Source of the DNA: Azolla caroliniana
Lineage: Eukaryota > Plantae > Polypodiophyta
Direction of reading: 5' to 3'
Length of the DNA: 64,000 nt
Assembly (NCBI GenBank): GCA_043228905.1
Contig: JBHGNT010000013.1
Location: 17,794,001 to 17,858,000 of the forward strand
A program made the translations under genes and the position numbers. Shown in pieces: positions 58,634-64,000 of this stretch; within the stretch, counting starts at the first letter, position 1; each line of letters begins with the position of its first letter. Under the pieces are notes generated by a model. That model was given only the letters and a program-made list of their open reading frames with translations, did no database searches and was not told where the DNA came from.

Positions 58634-61600
58634 TCATTCCTCTTTTAAGATGTCGAGGATGTTTTCGGGGTCCGGGGTGGTGGCAGGGTGGTCTGGTTGG
58701 ACTGTCGGTGCGGGCGATTGAGTTTGGTCCGGGGGTGTCATATCTTCTCGGGCGTCTGCCTCAAGTGCGACCGATTCTTCTGGTGGGGGTGTGGGTTCGA
58801 GGGCGCTGACCTCTACTTCGACTGGATCTGGTACCGTGTGGGTGTCCATGGGATGTCTGTTGGCCGGGGCAAGTTCCTCCTGTGTCGTGTCCGTGATCTC
58901 CTTGCTAGAAGGTTCTTCCTTCTGCTCTGTGGCCGTTGGAGGGCTGGTTGGGATGGCTGCGAGTCGTTCTCGTTCGAAGGCTTCTGCTTCCAGGCGAAAC
59001 ATCATCTGACCGTCATTGAAGTCCTCCATTATTTGCTCGATTGCCGCGGTGTGAGATTTTGCCAAGGACTGGTAATCCTTGGTTAAATCTGCACACAAGT
59101 TTTGTATGCTGGCTTCGTCCATTTTGTAGAAGCCGCGGCCCTCCTTCCGTTGGTTCTCGGCGTCAGCGCGTAAAATATGCAACTCGGCAGCTTGGGCTGC
59201 CCATTCGTCTCCTGCGCGACTTAATGTTTCCTCGACCTTTTTGGTAAGGTGTTGGCATTGTTTCTCGATCAGTATTTTGATGCGTGTCTCATCCATGTCA
59301 AGCTGTGCTCGGATGGCTGCTAATTCCTGTTTTAAGCCGTCGACCTTGGCCTGAAGCTTCTGTGCTCGTCGTAGTTCATAGATGGCTTGAGTGTTCTTTG
59401 CATCCGCGGTTACGAGCTGGATAGCTTGCTCGTAACGGTTGGTGAGTTCTTCGGTGGCTTGCTCCCGTTCTTTTTGACACGCGGCCCGGACTTGTTCCCG
59501 TTCGACGATTCTCTCTTCTTGTAGGGCGAAGTAGGAATCCGATAATTCGTCTTTTTGCTCCGAAAGTAGCTTGCATTTGATGAAAAACTCGTTAGCGATT
59601 TCTTTAAGGGTCGTACGCTGACTCTGCAGCTCGACATTCTCCGCGATCATTCTCTCCTCCTGTTGGCGATTTCTTTCCTCTTGCCGATGGTTCCAGTCTT
59701 TCGCATTGTCGAGCGCGGCCTGTAGGTCTAGGACCTCCTTCTCTTTCTTTGCCACTATGGCTGCGTATTCCTCCAGCTTGCTTTTGAGTTCGGCTTCTTT
59801 GCCCACGGCTTGCGCTTGTACCCGGCCCAGTGCTTCGTTCTGCTCGTGTATCCTTTGGTCGGCCTAGACTCTAATCTCGGCCATCTGCTTGGAAGCTTCT
59901 TCTTTTAGGTGAGTCATCGCCTCTTGATGTCGTTGTTCGTGTCTCTTGGTTCGCCGTTGTTCTTCTTTAAGCTCCGCGCGGTAATCCCGGAGCGGGGGTT
60001 CTGTCTGGGTTGCCACCTCCTTGGGTGCACGAGGGGGTGGTATCTCAGTCTTCTCCATGGGCGTGGCCGCCTCGGTTGTTGTGCAGGCATCAACCATTTG
60101 TAACGAGTCCGTTTGTGTACTGACCTGCATCGTCAGGATTGAATCTGTGATGGTGCTTTCATCCATCATTGTTATGCGTGGAGGGGCCGGGAGGGCCTCA
60201 GTGGTCGTGACCGGAAGGCTCAAGAGTTGTTGTTCCGACCGGTTTTGCTCCTAGGCTGCCAGCTTCTGTTTCGCAGCGTGCCATAATTCTGTAGCCATCT
60301 TAGCCTGTTTTTGGGCTATTTTTATCTTTCGGGCCATGTCTTTGGCTGCCCGCGTAGTGCGATCCAGGTCCCTATATGCCTTGATAAGGGCCGTGTTCAA
60401 CTCGGGGACCTCCATGAGGAGAGCGGCCTGTTTTGCCTGCTTCTTTCTCCCGATTTTTTGTAAAGCCCTGTCCTCCTGGGGCTCAATTTCACCTATTAGC
60501 GCGCGTTGAATCATTTTTGTTTCGGCGTGCTCTTCCGCCATTCGAGCGGCTGCCGCGACTTGGGCTCTGGCGAGGAAGTCGACCAGCTCAAATGTCGTAT
60601 CGAGGCGTAGGAGCGCACTAAATTCGTAAGCCTCTGCGGATACCCGAGGACTTCATCCTCCGAGATTTGCGTTGTCTACCCATGCTCGATCTTTCCCTGG
60701 TTCAGCGATGCCTCCTCAGGGATGATGGCCAGGTTGCTCTGTCTAACAACTAAGGCTTGCTCCTGTTGTGGCTCTTTTTGTTCTTCTGAGGACTCGCGGT
60801 TGAGTCGTCTTCTCTTGCTCGGCTGTGTTTGGGGTTCCGGGGCTGGTAGTGTCGTTTCCTCCACCTGGTTCCTTTTCTGGGGTCGTGGTGGTGCAGCCTG
60901 TTGTGTGTTGGGGCGTGGGCTAGGGCCTGGGGACGTTACCGAGGGGCACGACGTTGGCTGTCGAATGGTGACATCATCGGCCGTGTTGTCTTCCGCGGCT
61001 ACCTCCTCCTCCCATTCTTGGCAGGTCTCGGAAATTGCCCTTTTTTGTTGGGGTTGGGTGAGTGGTGGTGCAGATGCGGGGTTTTGGTCTGCGGCAGGAG
61101 GTGAAGGCGATGTGGGCTCCTCCCATGCTTCGTGGCTGATGGCAACTAATTTCTCTTTTTGCCTTCGTGGTGGTGGTGGGGACGTGAGTGTGCGGGGGGG
61201 AGGAAGAGAAGAGGGTGGGTATAGAACCATCAAAAAGTGGGTAAGAACAGACAACATCTTCTTACCGAACTGAAATGAAACTAAGGCGGCGCGGAGTCCT
61301 TCGCCTGTGATGATTCCCCAATCGATTATGTTTCCTTCATACGCGCTGATGATGATGGTTGCCTTGTTCTGCGGCATGCTCATTGGGTTCGTATGCACGA
61401 ACGCATACTCCATTAATATACGAGCAATCTCCCCGAAAGCTCTGTTGGGACCGCCATACGTGCGATATGCCTTCCCTGAGGCTGAGTACTCACCGAAGAA
61501 CACTTTCATCTTTGATGCCGGGGGTATGTCAACCTCATGGTCCCCTCCCCGTTGCAGGTCCAAAACAGCCCGAAGCACGTTGTTGGTGATGGCTTCGGGA

Positions 61601-61722
61601 CTTATATGTTTAGCCACAGCTTGGGCATCTGGGTGCGCGGGGGCATCGATGATCTTCAGGTAACCGCCCATTCCTCGTTCCTGGAGCCAGGCACGGGTTT
61701 CTGTTGAAGCGGTAAGAGGCAT
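58634..61722 (-). pseudogene. Disrupted accessory coiled-coil ORF of the second gypsy
   Basis: Pieces 60676..61722, 60251..60541, 59864..60223 and 58634..59806; TAG stops plus one frameshift; N- and C-terminal modules align to 5741..8398. Confidence 0.85.
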
Positions 61723-62171
61723 GGTGGAGATGGAGACGGGGTTCGACTGTGTGGAAGCGTGAAGAAGAGTGATGAGGCGAGGGCGAGACAGAGAAGGAAC
61801 AACAGGAAGGGGAAGTCCAGCAGAGGGGTTATGAGAGCGAAAGAGGGCTTGAGAGCAAGAGCGTTTAGCGCGATGAGAGCGAGACGGGGTTTCGGAGCTT
61901 GAGAGCGATGGAGATGGGGAGCGATAATGAACTTCTGTGTCTGTGCTGCGTTTTGGAAACGGTTTTAGTAACTTACTCCTAGGGTTTTGTGCTTGAAGTG
62001 AATCTTGAAGATTCTGAGTCGTGGGTGCCATAATAAGTGACTAGCACCACGTGTCCTGAAGGTGAGTGGGGTGCTTCTAGTGCTTTGCATGTGCTTAAAT
62101 AGGTACTAAATGAGTGGTGGCGAGGGGTGCTCCTAAATTTGTGGGTGCCTAGGTGGGTGGTGTAGGTGTAG

Positions 62172-64000
62172 CTAATCGGTGGCTAAACTATGGTTAACCC
62201 TACCTACTACTACTTTTATTAATTTCAAGAAGGTGGGTGAGTCCTTATTCAGGGGGACACGTGGCCTCCTCCGTGGTGGTCTCCCAAAACTCGTTTGTGC
62301 CGTGTGGCTCGGTAAACGGGTTGGGTGGTGTAGTGCCTCGATATGGTCGAAGTCGGAAACCATTGGCCTAGCTTTTGACAGTGTCGCCGGTGAGTGTGCC
62401 GAGCTGGAACGTCCCGTTGAACTCGTCGATAATCCAGAATGGACCGGTCCACCGAAATCTTAATTTTCCCGGCATAGACCCGAGTCGTGTTTGAAAAAGA
62501 AGAACCGGTTTGCCGATGGTGAGCTCCTTTTCCAGCCCGTGTTGATGTCGATCCACGAAAGCCTTGCGTTGCGGTTGGCGTTGTTCGAGTTGGGCCATAC
62601 TCTCTATCCTATCTTCGCCGAGTTCGAGGAGTTGTTCCAGCCGGTATTGCTTGGATTGGGCCTCGAGGAGCCGTGCTTTGATTTGAACTCAGACGCTCGA
62701 GACTTGGAACTCGACGGGCATTACGGCTTCTAACCCGAACGCCATTCGAAAGGGGGTTGATTGGATGCTTGTTTTGAAAGTCGTACGATACGCCCACATC
62801 GCGCTCTGTAGTTTGTCATCCCAATCGGTCCTATTTTCATTGACGATCTTCTTCAGTATGGTTTGGAGGATTTTATTGGTTGATTCCGCCAAGCCGTTCG
62901 CCTGCGGGTAGTATGGTGTGCTTTTCTTGTGCACCACTACGTAGTGGTGTGTAAGCTCACGTATTATATGATTGATGAAGTGCCCACCTTGATCACTAAC
63001 GAGCTCGATTGGGCATCTGTAACGGCACCAGAGGTGCTCATACATGAATTTAGCCGTGGATGCCGCCGTGTTATCTCGGTGTGCCTTAGCCTCGACCCAT
63101 TTGGTGCAGTAATCCGTGGCAACGATAATATACCTATTCCCTGTTCAGGCCGCAGGTGGTTTGAAAGGGCCTACAAAATCCAAACCCCATTTTTGAAATG
63201 GGTCCAACGGAAGAATCGGCTGGTGTGGCATCCGTGACTGTTCCATTGGTTGCCCCAGTCGTTGGCACAAATCGCACTGCCGGCAAAACTCGTGAGCGTC
63301 TTTCTTCATTGTCGGCCACCACAATCCACTTTGCCAAACTTTCCTTGCCGTGGAATCCCCGGCGTAGTGCCCCCCAGCCACTCCTTGGTGGGCTTCCTGA
63401 AGAACGGCGTTCTTCTCGAATTGCCGAATCGCTCGGCGCCATATGTCGTCCGAGCCTTTGTGGTGGAGAATGTCCGAGACGAGGCAAAAATTCCGGCTAC
63501 GCACTGCTAGGCGTTTTCTCGTGTCAAGGGTCATGTGCTTGGGAGGTACACCGGTAGTGAGAAAATGGGTCATCTCCGTGATTCGTTCATCTCCGTTATC
63601 GTCTGGTATCGTGGTCAGGTTAAATAGGTTGGCGTCCGGTAGCTTGTCGTACGTTGTTTTCGACGATTCCCCTGACTCAAGACGGCTCAAGTAGTTGGTG
63701 ACGGCATGTTGTACCCCGGCTCGATGCTGAATCTGGAGATCAAACTCTTGTAGTAGGAGCATCCACCGAGCCAACCGTTCGGTGAGGGCTTGTTTATTGA
63801 CCAAATAAAGAAGGGCCGAGTGATCCACGTGAAAGGTAAATTTTCGGCCCAAGAGGTAATGCCGAAATTTATTGATGTTATAAATCATAACGAGGGCCTC
63901 CCGCTCGGTGGTGGAGTAATTCTTTTCCACGGTCGAGAGCCGTCGGCTGGCGTAGTACACGAGCCTATACCAATTCGGGGGTGTGCATTGCATCAGGGCA
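62172..64000 (-). pseudogene. Frameshifted RNase H-integrase of the second gypsy
   Basis: YYASRRLS..NYSTTEREAL, EAHQGVAGGH..CDLC, WGLDFVGP, YPQANGLAE and PGKLRFRWTGPF spread over several frames. Confidence 0.92.

Larger units (their letters stand above)
58077..64000 (-). mobile_element. Second, older non-chromovirus gypsy related to 5269-15086 (3' half; runs off the window)
   Basis: Probable 3' LTR 58077-58535 (TGTT..AACA; partner LTR outside the window); RH-INT clearly homologous to the first element; homologous accessory ORF. Confidence 0.9.

Overview
Land-plant nuclear DNA, TE-rich; a fern or other seed-free plant is my guess from TE and gene style, not proven. Three host genes: a fasciclin-like Pro-rich protein (+, 18912-19670), a CBSX5-like CBS-domain gene (-, 2 exons, 21758-25300) and a UBC4/5-type ubiquitin E2 (-, 2 exons, 47721-50331). 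There are two very young full-length LTR retrotransposons: a non-chromovirus Ty3/gypsy (-, 5269-15086, TSD ACATG) with a large extra ORF after pol, and an intact Tork-like Ty1/copia (+, 31238-36865, TSD GGAGT) nested in an older copia that itself sits inside a solo LTR. A second, older relative of the gypsy runs off the right edge (58077-64000). Also present are solo LTRs, LINE remnants, hAT and Mutator MITEs, SINE-like heads and microsatellites. Most striking observation: neither gypsy has a polypurine tract. Instead both carry a conserved 35-nt block next to the 3' LTR that ends in a copy of a tRNA-Arg 3' end (..GTCCCACGGGCGTGCCA), effectively a second, inverted PBS. This suggests tRNA-primed or tRNA-mimic-primed plus-strand synthesis.
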